NCBI RefSeq assembly: GCF_000315625.1 | Contig: NW_005434641.1 | Span: 263,113 to 327,112 of the forward strand | Source: Guillardia theta CCMP2712 | Lineage: Eukaryota > Protista > Cryptophyta | Length of the DNA stretch: 64,000 nt | Direction: 5' to 3' | Shown: positions 24,640 to 37,079 of the stretch, in pieces | How the letters are laid out: every line of letters begins with the position of its first letter | How positions within the stretch are numbered: position 1 is the first letter of the stretch | The notes under the pieces: model-generated | What the model was told of the DNA's origin: nothing | Databases searched by the model: none | The model's input: the letters and a program-made list of their open reading frames with translations, nothing else | Position numbers and translations under genes: made by a program

Positions 24640-25150
24640 CAGTCGGACCGGACTCACTGAGTCAGTGACTCAGTCGGAGGTGCGAACTCCGAGGCCGGCG
24701 GTGCAGTGAAACCGGGCCGCTGTGAGTCTAGTCATTCCGCCTGGCATGAGGGCACCCGCGGCGGCCGGCTGGCAGCCTCAGGCCAGCCTCAGAGTCGGAC
24801 GGTCACCGGCGCCGCGGAATCGGCTCGGATGTCTGAACGGTCAGGCCCAAGTTAGTACACGCCGGCCCGGCCGCCCGGCCCGGACAGACTTCTTGACTCG
24901 GACTCAGCCCAGTGAGTCTGGCCGCGCCGGACTCGGGAGTCTCCGCAGCCTCGGTCACCCCGAGTGTTTCCGGCGCTCGGAGCGAGTCACCCGTAGCGGC
25001 CGCGCCGCGGCTGCCGGTGGGTTCAGTCAATCTGCGGCTGAGTGCGGCCCACTGGCCGGGCTCCGGACCTGAGCCGGGGGGCGGCCCGGTGTAAACTGAC
25101 ACCCGGAGCTCAGAGTGGCACGGCGTTCCGGGCCAGGCACACAGTGAGGG
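24640..25150. promoter_or_regulatory. GC-rich CCGG / TGAGTC-GACTCA-rich island between divergent genes (candidate bidirectional promoter)
   Basis: Compositional island between the ZNHIT2 start (-) and the oxygenase start (+); similar islands at 16500-16640, 33610-33860 and 37430-37960. Confidence 0.45.
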
Positions 25151-25499
25151 CTTAAAATAATAAGTGACACTAAAAAAAAGTGTCAGATTTGAACCCGCGC
25201 CACCTCTCTCTATCTGCTCCTCCTCTATGGCTCTGGGACCCGCTCGTCCCCCCCCGCTCCTCTGACCCGCCCCCCGCTGCTTTCACCAGTCAGAGTCGAT
25301 CCTCCTCATGCTGCTCTCACTCCCTGCATCATGCCTCCCCTCTTGGCGGGTCCCTGGAAAACTTTCTTGAACGTTCCGGTTCTCTCATCCCACATACACT
25401 TGCTGCTCTTCTTGTCCTTCATGTCTCAGCAGCACATCAAGCACATCCTGCCTGTTTGACCTCATGGTCCAGGTCTGCGCGTGGTGGCGTGTCAAGACG

Positions 25500-26476
25500 A
25501 TGGTGAAGCGGAAGATGAGCACAGAGACAGCCTACAAGGTCCTGGTGATCGGGCTGATTGTGACCACGCTGTTAGCGTTTCTTCTGGTCACGCAATCGCA
25601 GCTTGTGCAAGCCTGATACTCTCCTCTGCAGGCCAGGCTGATCTTCACCCCGATGATTTCTTGTCTGAGGTGACGACAATGAGATGGTCTGAGTGCAAGG
25701 TGAATCGTACGATCATAACAGCCATCAGAAGCTCGTCAGGAAGGTAGAGGGCTTCATGCCGGAGGAGGTGGCAGCTTCGTTGCCGCATGTCGTGTTGGCT
25801 CATTCGGTGACGTGCGAAGGAGTTTGCATGGATGCAGCAGTGCTTGGAGAACCACCCGCTCACTGGCCCATCGGTGCTGGATCAGAACGCGTTCTCAGCC
25901 ACCAAAGGCTTCGTCATCGCCTTCAACAGGTGCGAAGAGTCTTTGCCGCAGCAAAATGTGAGGGTTATGGTCGGAGCAGGAAGGGGATCGACCGGTTCAA
26001 GAAGGACGTGCGCTTCGAGTGCCTGCATGTCGTGACTGTGATGTGTGAGTGCCGGAGGCTGACATGCGATCGAGCCAGCCTTACTTCGACAGAGCACTCT
26101 ACGCTGGAGCCAACGCCTTCGTCATGAACCTGGTGTGTGTGGAGTGAGAGAGCGAGAGGGGAGGGAGGCTGACTTTGAAGCAGCTAGTCTGCCATACCCC
26201 GACGAATGAGAGCGATGTTGTCGTCAATTTGCATATCGACAACACCATTCAGTCATGGTGGGTCGGAGAGATCTTTGCCCATCAGGTTCTGAGCTGATAG
26301 CAAGCAGAAGAAGCGTGCGAGACTGACGGGGTATAGGTGAATGTGCTCTACATCTCGGTACCAGAAGACATGAAAGGAGGGCAGCTTCAGGCACGATGAT
26401 GATCATGAAAAAGATCAGAATGATGATAATGATGATGATAATGATCATGATGATGCTCATGATGATGCTCATGGTC

Positions 26477-26568
<92 letters not shown>

Positions 26569-27458
26569 CATGGTCATGGTCATGGTCATGAGCTTGTGAA
26601 GGTTGGTTCTCATGTCGGTGTCTCTCAAGGTCTTCAAGTACAGCAAGACGGTGCCTGAAATCGCCAATCCTCCTCCTCCGGACGAGGTGCGAGACCGTTA
26701 TGACTCTGTCCTACCTCTGCTCCTAGTCAGCAAGCAAGCCAGTAGGTCAGTAGGTCAGTAGGTCAGTAAGTCAGTAAGTCAGTAAGTCTCGTCATTGGTC
26801 GTGATGCTTGTCTGTCTGGCTGTGAGTGAGTGAGTGAGTGAGTGAGTGAGTGAGTGAGTGAGTGAGTGAGTGAGTGAGTGAGTGAGTGAGTGAGTGAGTG
26901 AGTGAGTGAGTGAGTGAGGGAGTGAGTGAGTGAGTGAGTGAGGGAGTGAGTGAGGGAGTGAGTGAGTGAGTGAGTGAGTGAGGGAGTGAGTGAGTGAGTG
27001 AGGGAGTGAGTGAGTGAGTGAGTGAGTGAGTGAGTGAGTGAGATAGTCAGCCAGAGTCCGTCAGGCCTCTGTGAGCGTCTTCACTTCATCTCCTCTCTCC
27101 CTCTGCTTCTCTCGCTCCTTCCTTCACGTAGAGTCGCTCGTCAAACATCTCGATCTCATGTCTCTTGGTCCAGGAAGTCTTCCCGCAGGAGAACACCATG
27201 GTCGCCTTCCGAGGCGACGCCTACCACCGGGTACTTGCACCTCTCCCGCTACCTTCCAGTGAGCCAAGGCAGGTGATGGGCTACCGGACGCAGATCCAGA
27301 AGAAGCGCATCTCGCTCGTGCTCGAGCAGTATCAAGTGCCTTCATGGTGAGGCCCGGGAGACTCTCGGAGGGGAGGGGAGTGAGCATGCGGCGGCAGGGT
27401 GGAGTCACTGACCAAGACCTTCAAGTTCTTTCAACGGGATAACATGCCGATGGTGTGA
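25500..27458 (+). CDS. 2OG-Fe(II)-dependent oxygenase with N-terminal membrane anchor, multi-exon
   Basis: Anchor VLVIGLIVTTLLAFLL; HxD motif LHIDNTI (~26228); distal His in FRGDAYHRV; RISLVLEQY (RxS); last exon WVESL...MPMV*. Confidence 0.75.
26395..26590 (+). repeat. (GAT)n microsatellite, intronic
   Basis: Seen directly. Confidence 0.97.
26822..27042 (+). repeat. (GAGT)n microsatellite, intronic
   Basis: Seen directly. Confidence 0.97.
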
Positions 27459-27636
27459 GGGGGAACACTCACGTCTGTCATCTTTTTCTTTCTCCTCCTC
27501 CTCGTTATGATTTGTTCCCCCCTCCCTCTACCTCCCGTTTCTCTCCCTTCCCCCGGCCTCGTCCGTTGTTTCCTACTCTGTACACGCTTGGCAAGAGATC
27601 TACTTCAAGCACCACCACCATCTCCTCCTCTCTCGC

Positions 27637-30600
27637 TCACTTGCCGAGCAACGAGGATCTCCTGGCTCTGGCGTTCAAGTGACTCAGCCCAGCGCTGGAT
27701 CGGAAGACGTCTGTCCTCCTCGACATCTCCGCCTGCTCGATCTCAGCCAGCATCGCGTCCACGTTGGCGACGAGCCTCTGCGGGAAACATGAGCATTCTT
27801 CGATCTGTCTCCTCCGATTCTTTCCTCGCTCTCCTCCTCCTCTCCTCGTTCCGTTCCCTCCTCTTACCTCCTTGCTGAGGGAGAAGAGAGGGACTTCTTT
27901 GGGCAGGCTCGATACCATCATCGTGTCCGAGCTCGGGAACCTGCGTAGCATGAGACAGGATGGGAGCGATTCGAGCAGCCTTACAGCGCGTCTCCCATCC
28001 TGCAGAGAAAATCTCTCGACTTCACTTCCCACGGCTCCTCCTCCATCGAGTTATCCTTCGACTGGAAGAACGGGTTGATGTTCTCTCCCTCCGCCTGCAT
28101 CCCCGTCATGACCTGCCACTGCTCTCTCTCTCTCCCCCTCCCCCCCTCGCTCCCTCGCTCCCTCGCTCCCTCGCGTCCTCTTCACTCACAGCCTGAAAGG
28201 CCCCAACTTTCTCATGGGTGCTGACGATCCAGAAGGAAATCTGCTCATCTGTCAAATAACTTCCTCCGCCTCCTCTCCCTTTCCTCTTCCTCCACCTCTC
28301 CTCCACCTTCATGATCCTCCATCATCATCATAGCAGCAGCATCACAAGCACCATCAACAACACCCTCGAGCTGCTCTTCCACTTCATCACAGCAGCAGCG
28401 AAGAGGACAGCATGCGGAGAGCAGGCGAGTTGAGGACAAGACGATCAAAGTATGAGCGCACCTTTGCACTGTCTTGCGTGGAGATGGGAAAGGACGGGAA
28501 CTTAGGAGCAGAGATACTGAAGCATTCGGCCGTCTCTCCACCAGCATCCTCGGGCGGGTCCATCAAAGAAACGTTTCTTTCCTCCTCCTCCTCCTCCTCC
28601 TTCGGCCTCTTGTCCTCCAGCCATCGTCCCGTCCGCAGCTTCCTTTGGGTCTCGGAGCACTGTTGCTGGAACTCTATCGTGCTGCGGTACTGGTCAAGCT
28701 GATGCTGGTACCGCCTCCTGAGGTAGGCGAACTTCTCCTGCAGCGATTGAAGCTTCTCGATCAAGACTTTGAACTGCATGGCGGGAGAGACCTGGAGGTT
28801 TCGGATGTACTGCTGCACTATCCCCTCCACGTCCTGCGGTTTGATCGACAACCGACGGAGCGATGCTCGGCTCGCAGCCACGTTCTTCTCCACCTCCGTG
28901 CTCACATGAGTTGCAGCCTCGCTCTCCTCGCTGACCTCCGACATCTCCGATGGCTCCACGTGCGAGAGTTCGAGGAGGGCGTGAAGGTCTTGGAGGAAGG
29001 TCGACATCTCTGTCACAAGGCTCTGCCTCGACCTCCTCCTCCTCTCCCGCTGCTGCCCCTTCAGGTCGACCTTGGAGGGCGCCATGTTCAGCAGCTGCGC
29101 CTGGAGGGCAGCGGGGAAGAGCTCGAGGCACGCGGGTCGCTCACCAGCAGCTATCAGACGCGTCGCAACCTCAGCCATCAGCGAGCGAGTCACGATCGCT
29201 CTCTCTACGGATGTCCAGGCATGCCGCAGGGCTGCGAACCTCCGCACGTGCGCCTGTAGTCTCTTCCTCCACCAGCGCTGGATCCTGTTGACCTTGGTCG
29301 CCAGCAGCCGGATCATGTTGACCACCACTTTGCCTCTGTTGGCCTCCTGCAGGAACGAGCGGATGACGTTGCCCGCGTGCTGAATGATCTCTGCTTGCCG
29401 CTTCTTCACCAGCCTGAGGGTATCCTGTCACTCTCTTCTCCAGCCCTTGCCACTTCCTCCTCCCAGCTGCTCATCACCTGTCTAGCTTGCTTGCAACCAT
29501 GAAGAAACTTGCAGCTTGACGCTCATCGACGATGCCAAACTCGGGAAAGTGATGCAGAGGTTTCTGAGACTTGTTGTGAGCAAGTAGTGAAGACAAAGAT
29601 GAGAAAGAGACGGTAACAGAGGAGGAGGAGGTGGAGAGGGAGGATGTTGCGAGTGAGGAAGAGAGGGAAGGAAGCAGCGAAGGCGGACGATGAGGGACAG
29701 GGAGGAGGTAGAGGAGGCAGAGGAGGTGGTGAGAACAAGGAGGAGAGAAGAGGAAGAGGACAGAGGAAGAGGAGGGAAGAGGGAGGACGAGATCCTTACC
29801 TTGATCTTGTGAGAGGACGATGACGATCGAATGCATGAGAAACACTGATACAGGATCTGCCGCAGCCACTTGTGCACTCGCGCGCAGGCAGGAAAGACCT
29901 TGAGCAGGTTTCCCTTCTTGATCTGCACCCCGATAAAGGCCAGGAAGACTGTGGAGATGCGAAGCCCTCGCTCCGTGTCCTCCCGAACGATCTTTGGAAG
30001 GAGCAACAGGTCAGGAGGGGGGGGGATGCAGGAGATCGAACCTGAAAGTCCGACTTCAAGGCTTCTCGGCGCTTGCGGAACTCCTTGTAGAGGAGGTTGA
30101 AAAAGCTGCTGCAGACGACGGAGATCAGAAGGAGCTTCTGCCTCCTCTCGCTCTCCTCCTTGATCAGGTCGTTCTGTATCATAGCGAGCCTCCTGTCTCG
30201 CCTGTTCGCAACGTCGCTCAGCAGCAGGCCGCCAGAACAACCTCGCATCACCTCTCTATCGTGTCCTTGATCCTCCTCACCTTCCCCTCCTCGATCTCTT
30301 GCCTCCTCGTCTGCACCGTGGCAATCGCCTGCTGCTGCCGCCTCCAGGAGAGCGGTCGCTCCTCCGTTCCTCGCTGTCTTCGAGCGCTCAGGATGTTCTC
30401 TCGGACGTGATCACGGGGTGGAAATCGAGCTGAGAACGGCCTGCTGCTCAGCTGGATATGTCTGCTGCTGTGCTCTCGTGCCGTGCTGGGCCTCAAGTCA
30501 TCCTTCTCAGGTCTCCTCAGGTCAAACGTCCGTTCTGTCATCACATTCGACTCCGAGTTCACCCTCGACATGTCGAGGTGTAGGCGACGGGAAGAGCCCT

Positions 30601-31591
30601 GCTGCTGCTCCTCACCTGCCATGGTAGATGCAAGCATCACGCTCGACTCCATCTGGATGCTCTCCCTTCGCCCGCTCGCCTCCGCAAGGTTCTCTCCTTG
30701 GCCTCCTGCCTGCTCCGCCCTCTCCTCCTGGTCCCCTTCCTTGGGCTGTTTCTCAAACCAGCTCGAGCTTCTCCTGGTCCTGTCGGACGCTTCTTTGTTT
30801 CTGTGGCAACAAGTCAACGACACTGCAAGGATACAGACAGGAGCTTTCCTGGGTGTCTGTAGAGTCTCTGGCTTTCCTCTCCAAAGATGCTCCTTGTGGA
30901 TTCTCTGCCGGAGATTGTCTGCCATGGAGCTGCCGGAAGGTCATCGGCTAGCAGGCAGCAATCCTTACCGACCTCTCCTCCACTTCGAAGAGAGAGTTCG
31001 CCCACTGCGCGAAACTCTTGGGGACCCCCATCTCATCATACAGCGCGATGTACGGGATGTCCTTCTCCCTCCTGCGACCGCCTCCTGTGAGTGGCGGGAC
31101 GAGCCGGCATGGTACCGCACTTGAGCCCGTTCTTGCGCAGGGTGGTTCCGAGGAACGCAACACCGAGGGCGAACTCGTCTCTGACTTCGATCTTCTTCTT
31201 CTTTGATCCTGGTGCGTTCATCGGCTTCTACACGAAGCTCAGCAAGGTTTATCGACTCTACTCCACCAGCCTACCTTTATGTTGTTTCCTATCCTCCTGG
31301 CGCATGTACTGAAGACAGGGACCTAGCAACCCTTGAGCATGCACGGGGACGAGCTCGAAACTTACTCCCGTCTCGAAAATCTCCAGCGCCTTGGAGAAAG
31401 GATCGACCTAGTAGGAGCCCTGTCATCCTGAGGTGGAGACTAGCGGGTCGTCAGGCTCACCTGATCCTTCATCGTCCTGCCACTCCTCTCGCCCCGGGTC
31501 TCTTCCTCTACCTGTTACTTCTGTCCTGGCATCCTCCCCTCCTCCCTCTTGCTCCTCCTCCTCGCTTCTCGTGTCCTGGTTCAGTTCCCAT
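27637..31591 (-). CDS. Hypothetical charged/coiled-coil protein with IQ-like motifs, multi-exon; start uncertain
   Basis: Same-strand ORF chain (30248-30925, 28387-29409, 27637-28032) with GT-AG boundaries; VNRIQRWWRKRL and AGNVIRSFLQE resemble IQ motifs. Confidence 0.55.
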
Positions 31592-31983
31592 ATGGCAACG
31601 GAAACGAGGTTTCAAGGTAGCAGATAGCGTACCCTAGGGGTATCTTTGACGCTGAATGAAGGGGTAGGGGTGATTACTTGTCATTTCAGGTTGACAAGTG
31701 GATATAAAATGGGAGAACAACGCCATGGAGGGGAACGGAGGGAGGGAGGTAGAGACAGGGAAGGACTTGGTAGGAAGGGAAGAGACAGAGGACAAGAGAA
31801 GGGAAGTCAAAGAGAGACAATGAGGGAGGGGAGGGGAGAGCAGTTTGGGGCAGTGAAGAGCAGCCATGCGAGGGAGGGATGCTGAGGAAGGAGGAAGTCT
31901 GAGTCAAAGGTGACGAGTTGTGAAAGCAGAAACTGAGAACGCCAAATGATTCATTCGTTAACTCTAGCATGGAGTGCCTCCAT

Positions 31984-33235
31984 TTAATTCATGTTGTTGA
32001 CATCGGCGAACGGCAACACCAATTTGCCGTGCTCCTGCCTTACTCTACCCTCTGCCGCATCAGACTCAGTAGTCGTATTCAAACTTTCATCCAACATACC
32101 AGGTGCGAGCTTCGCAGTGTAGAAATGAATCTTCTTCCTCTGCCACTGCTCGGCAGCCTCATTCCCGCTCCTGCCATCATTATCAGACAACACGCATCCG
32201 ACGCGACCAGTGTACCTTGCGGCTATCTCTTGCTGCCTCTTTTGCTGTCTCCTTGCTCGCTCAAAGAATGTCTCTCTTGGCTCCTTTGCTGTAAAGACGT
32301 CACAGAGCGCCAGCGGAAAGCAAAGACATCTGCAAGACACACACCTGTGGACCTGTCTCTCCACATCTCATATTCGACGCGCTGATTCTCTGCTCCTTGC
32401 TGCTCCAGCTTCTTATGCACCTTCTCCGCGTATCGATCTGCCACTTTCTCGATGTCCTCCGTGGGGTCTGGGTATCGGACTGGCGGCGCGGGTTTGCGAT
32501 GGAACAGCAGGCCTGCGAGATCCCCTTTCTCCAGCAGGGAGAAGAAGCTCTGAAGATCGTTGCGCGACTCACCGTCCTTCATCGATCTCTTGCTCTTGAC
32601 CTTGTCTGACAGGCTGTTGAAGTAGCTGTTGAGATCATCGCGCGACTCTCTTGATGAGATGTAAGAGGCGATGCTGCTGGGAGCAGGGTCGGGATGCTGC
32701 TCCTTCTCCAACTTCATCACTTCCTTTGCAAGGACAGTCTCCAACTTCTTCTCGAGCTCTGTTCGTGAAGGCACGAGTGCAGACACCCTTTGCTGCTCCT
32801 CCTTGCTCGGGCAACAAAGGTTGTCCACGACTGCAACTCCAGTTCCTGCATGGACGCAACATCTGTACCCGCCGCTGCTTGACATGGGACAGGCCCCACT
32901 GTTACGATCATCCAACCGGCTCGGTCCCGGACAAACCCATGTGTATTCGGATGTGGGGTTTGGAGAGGAGCTGAAGTAAGTCTGTTCATAAAGGTCAGCA
33001 AATATGAGGCAGTATTGGCTGCATTCACCATGGGAAATTCAGACTGATAACCAGGATCGGGAAGTACTATCTGCTGGTCAGTCGGTAGAATGAAAGATTG
33101 AGACTCGAGAACGGTGCGCTGGCGAATCTGGCGAGGCAAGGTTGCAAGAAGAAGACACGAAACCATCAGAACGCCTGCAACTAAGCTCGTAAGCGATGAT
33201 CGCTGCCCCATTCGAAGTCGATTCATCGTCAGCAT
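31984..33235 (-). CDS. Hypothetical type II membrane/secreted protein
   Basis: Hydrophobic SLVAGVLMVSCLLLATL followed by RTVLE; Cys cluster CPMS...YRCCV...LCCP; repeated SRDDLNSYFNSL / SRNDLQSFFSLL. Confidence 0.6.
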
Positions 33236-34637
33236 CGTGTTAACAACCAGTCGACACGTTGACAAGACCCAATCTGCGTGGTGAGTGAGTTTAATCGTCT
33301 TTCTGCCACCTGAGAACAACTAGCAGGCCATTATGGTGTGCTTTGACGTATACAAAGTCCAAACAGGAGGGGTGACAGTTTTTCGCCTAGCAACAGAACG
33401 TGGCAAAAGAAAAGGAACAGCATGAGCGAGGAGCGTCAGGGTAAGCGGGGAGAGTGTATTTAAGAGCCAGAAGACAACAAGGGAGGATGTAGGTACACTC
33501 GATTAGCAGCATCGCCTCTGTGCGCATCATTGTCTTACCAGCAGGCCATGGCGGCTCTTCACCCCGTTTTGTAACGCTTCAGGCATACATTGTAACCGTT
33601 TGCAGCATTCACCGGCCGCGGCCCGCCCGACTCGCGATCGGACTCGCCGCCGCGTGACTCGGACGTCGGAGGCCCACACGTGACCCGGGACGGCGTCGGT
33701 GACCGTTCCGGGACTGATCGGACTCCGAGTGACCGGGCCCGCCTCCGCGTTGGAACTAGAAGCCTCTTTCAAGCCTCAGCGGCCCGGGCCTGCGGCACTG
33801 CGGCAAGTTTACTGTCACAGTGTGACGCCCCCGGATCACAGAGTCACTCATTTCAGTTTCAAGAAGGTTTCAAGTTCCCCTTCTTCAACCTCTGTGAATG
33901 ATATCAAGTTCAATCTCACTCACACAGATCACCAGCGAACCGCAAACTGTCATCAACACTGATCTGCCACCAGTCCGGGTCATGCCACCAGTCATGCTCA
34001 TTGAATCAGAATGCCACCAGTCATTCCTGCTGATTCCCTCGATCAAGACTTAGACCAAACACTGACCATAAGGATCAAATCAGAAACCTTGCCAACTCTG
34101 ACATGGCCAGGGAAATCGAAAGTTTAGACAACCGTGGCAACCTGCAATCCTTCATCCTGTCTGCCGAGATTAGATTATCACACCGCCGATACATTCCACG
34201 ACTTCATCGACCGGACTCCCGGAATGACAAAGTCTCTCTGACCCTGGAATACAACTGACACACTACTGAGTGGACTGGATTGATTTCTTCCATTGCCGCT
34301 TTGTGCCACTGCTGCAATCTACTATACACACAGCACCTGAGACTGCTCCTCTGCCTTCTCTGAAGGTCACCAGTGTCCCAGCTCCCTAGTTTGTTCCCCT
34401 ACCGTACCCTAACCCCCCTACCCCCCGAACCTCCTTCGCACGTCCCCGTACACGCGCATGTCCCCGTACACGCCCGTTTTCCGCGTCAGTCATCCTTGTG
34501 CTTTATTCATCCCTAGTGGGTTCTTATCGTTTCCTATAATCGTTGTATTACTTTGTTTTGTCTATCTGTTCTATCCGAGCCTCGGCGTCCCAGTCGCTTC
34601 CGCCTTCAAGCTCTGACGCCGCGCTCTGCTAGTCTGC

Positions 34638-34754
34638 TCATTTGCACTTGCATCGCAGCTCTCTCGGCACGTCGCCCAGCACTGACTCGACGTGCATGCC
34701 GCAGCCGGCCCAGGAGGGCTTGTTGCACTTGGTACAGGTGACCTTTCTGCACAT
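34638..34754 (-). CDS. 38-aa Cys/His-rich microprotein, copy A (MCRKVTCTKCNKPSWAGCGMHVESVLGDVPRELRCKCK)
   Basis: CCACC-ATG context, TATA at 34886-34892, AATAAA downstream; protein-level conservation with the diverged paralog at 39063. Confidence 0.88.
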   Translation of the reverse strand: MCRKVTCTKCNKPSWAGCGMHVESVLGDVPRELRCKCK

Positions 34755-35015
34755 GGTGGTTGGTGTGGAGGTGTGAGGGTAGGTAGGTAGAGGGGCGCTT
34801 GGTAGCTCTAGAGAGAAGAGGAGGGAAGAGGGTTGCTGGTGAGATACGGAGCGGGAAGTGAAGGAGAACCGGTCGAGGAGGAGGGATATATAGACGAGGG
34901 AAGGGGAAGGTCAGGGAGAAGGGGACGGTTTTTTACTACCGCTGGTCTAGAAGGTCATCGCCAGTCAGGGGAGTTATAAATTGCGGTTGAGGGCTACATG
35001 GGTGCTATTTATAGC

Positions 35016-35129
35016 GTACATTTGTACCATGAGGAGCTTCTGTATGGGGATAGCGCTGTACCAAAATGCCGTACACATGGGTCGAGATGTACCAGCATGC
35101 CCCTGCCAGCTGGTACAGTCAAATAGTAC
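35016..35129. promoter_or_regulatory. Cluster of 7 GTAC cores in the divergent promoter of copies A/B
   Basis: GTAC at 35016, 35024, 35058, 35071, 35089, 35113, 35126. Confidence 0.7.
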
Positions 35130-35430
35130 CAGAAGACATTTTATTCCCCCGTGACGCATCGTGACCTCGAGGACGGTCAGCGACCAGTCATCGACCGGTT
35201 CTCNNNNNNNNNNNNNNNNNNNNNNNNNNNNNNNNNNNNNNNNNNNNNNNNNNNNNNNNNNNNNNNNNNNNNNNNNNNNNNNNNNNNNNNNNNNNNNNNN
35301 NNNTCACTTCCACGGATCGCGAGGCAACCCTCTTCCCTCCTCTTCTCTCTAGTACTAGGAAAAGGCCTCTCTACCTATCTACCCTCACACCACCCTTCCT
35401 CCCTACCCTCACACCTTCACACCAACCACC

Positions 35431-35547
35431 ATGTGCAGAAAGGTCACCTGTACCAAGTGCAACAAGCCCTCCTGGGCCGGCTGCGGCATGCACGTCGAGT
35501 CAGTGCTGGGCGACGTGCCGAGAGAGCTGCGATGCAAGTGCAAATGA
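35431..35547 (+). CDS. 38-aa Cys/His-rich microprotein, copy B
   Basis: Identical CDS; CCACCATG; AATAAA at 35676-35681. Confidence 0.88.
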   Translation: MCRKVTCTKCNKPSWAGCGMHVESVLGDVPRELRCKCK

Positions 35548-36240
35548 GCAGACTAGCAGAGCGCGGCGTCAGAGCTTGAAGGCGGAAGCGACTGGGACCG
35601 AGGCTCGGATAGAACAGATAGACAAGACAAAGTAATACAACGATTATAGGAAACGATAAGAACCCACTAGGGATGAATAAAACCACACAATAATGATGAA
35701 TTGAGAATGCTGTCTTTACCTACTCCACATCTACCTGATCCTCGCTTCACTAGGGATGAATAAAGCACAAGGATGATTTGCGCGGGAAGCAAGCGCTCAC
35801 GGGGACATGTCAACAAGGTGTGGAGTGCGAGAGAGGGGGCAAGATGGCTTGAGAAGCTTCAGAGGCAGAGCAAGTGAAGCTTGGTTGTCTCTGTATTTCA
35901 ATTTGAGAAGATAGAACAATGTTGAAACAAATAAGCTTGTTGAGATATGGATGCTGACGCTGCCCTAGAAATTTAGTTTAGAACTGAGAAACAAGAAGGG
36001 AGTTACGCCCATTCAAAGGCTGGATTGACGACACGAGGAGTTCTATGGATCAGGCAGATGTGGAGTAGGTAAAGACAGCATTCTCAATTCATCATTATTG
36101 TGTGGTTTTATTCATCCCTAGTGGGTTCTTATCGTTTCCTATAATCGTTGTATTACTTTGTCTTGTCTATCTGTTCTATCCGAGCCTCGGTCCCAGTCGC
36201 TTCCGCCTTCAAGCTCTGACGCCGCGCTCTGCTAGTCTGC

Positions 36241-36357
36241 TCATTTGCACTTGCATCGCAGCTCTCTCGGCACGTCGCCCAGCACTGACTCGACGTGCAT
36301 GCCGCAGCCGGCCCAGGAGGGCTTGTTGCACTTGGTACAGGTGACCTTTCTGCACAT
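36241..36357 (-). CDS. 38-aa Cys/His-rich microprotein, copy C
   Basis: Identical CDS; TATA at 36489-36495. Confidence 0.88.
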   Translation of the reverse strand: MCRKVTCTKCNKPSWAGCGMHVESVLGDVPRELRCKCK

Positions 36358-36569
36358 GGTGGTTGGTGTGAGGGTAGGTAGGAAGGTTGGTGTGAGGGTA
36401 GGTAGGTAGAGGGGCGCTTGGTAGCTCTAGAGAGAAGAGGAGGGAAGAGGGTTGCTGGTGAGATGCGGAGCGGGAAAGGGGAGGAGGGATATATAGCCGG
36501 GGGAGGGATGACTGGTCGCTGACCGTCCTCGAGGTCACGATGCGTCACGGGGGAATAAAATGTCTTCTG

Positions 36570-36683
36570 GTACTATTTGACTGTACCAGCTGGCAGGGGC
36601 ATGCTGGTACATCTCGACCCATGTGTACGGCATTTTGGTACAGCGCTATCCCCATACAGAAGCTCCTCATGGTACAAATGTAC
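36570..36683. promoter_or_regulatory. Mirror cluster of 7 GTAC cores in the divergent promoter of copies C/D
   Basis: GTAC at 36570, 36583, 36607, 36625, 36638, 36672, 36680. Confidence 0.7.
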
Positions 36684-36962
36684 GCTATAAATAGCACCCA
36701 TGTAGCCCTCAACCGCAATTTATAACTCCCCTGACTGGCGATGACCTTCTAGACCAGCGGTAGTAAAAAACCGTCCCCTTCTCCCTGACCTTCCCCTTCC
36801 CTCGTCTATATATCCCTCCTCCTCGACCGGTTCTCCTTCACTTCCACATCTCACCAGCAACCCTCTTCCCTCCTCTTCTCTCTAGAGCTACCAAGCGCCC
36901 CTCTACCTACCTACCCTCACACCAACCTTCCTACCTACCCTCACACCTTCACACCAACCACC

Positions 36963-37079
36963 ATGTGCAGAAAGGTCACCTGTACCAAGTGCAACAAGCC
37001 CTCCTGGGCCGGCTGCGGCATGCACGTCGAGTCAGTGCTGGGCGACGTGCCGAGAGAGCTGCGATGCAAGTGCAAATGA
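36963..37079 (+). CDS. 38-aa Cys/His-rich microprotein, copy D
   Basis: Identical CDS; TATATAT at 36807-36813, Inr-like TCACTT ~30 nt downstream; AATAAA at 37202-37207. Confidence 0.88.
   Translation: MCRKVTCTKCNKPSWAGCGMHVESVLGDVPRELRCKCK

Noticed and set aside
26224-26667. Poly-Ile / poly-Met ORFs (also 55797-56865 and 45061-45297)
   Set aside because: Translations of intronic (GAT/CAT)n microsatellites, not proteins.
26822-27042. (GAGT)n tract as an interstitial telomere
   Set aside because: Does not match TTAGGG/TTTAGGG-type repeats and lies within an intron.
27455-27682. Apparent overlap between the oxygenase 3' ORF and the convergent gene
   Set aside because: Splicing TG|G gives a last exon that stops at 27458, so no overlap is needed.
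34553-36725. Track ORFs over the palindrome (e.g. 35151-35579, 36102-36344, 36153-36548, 34974-35159)
   Set aside because: Alternative-frame or antisense shadows; only the 38-aa frame has Kozak/TATA support and is conserved in the diverged paralog.
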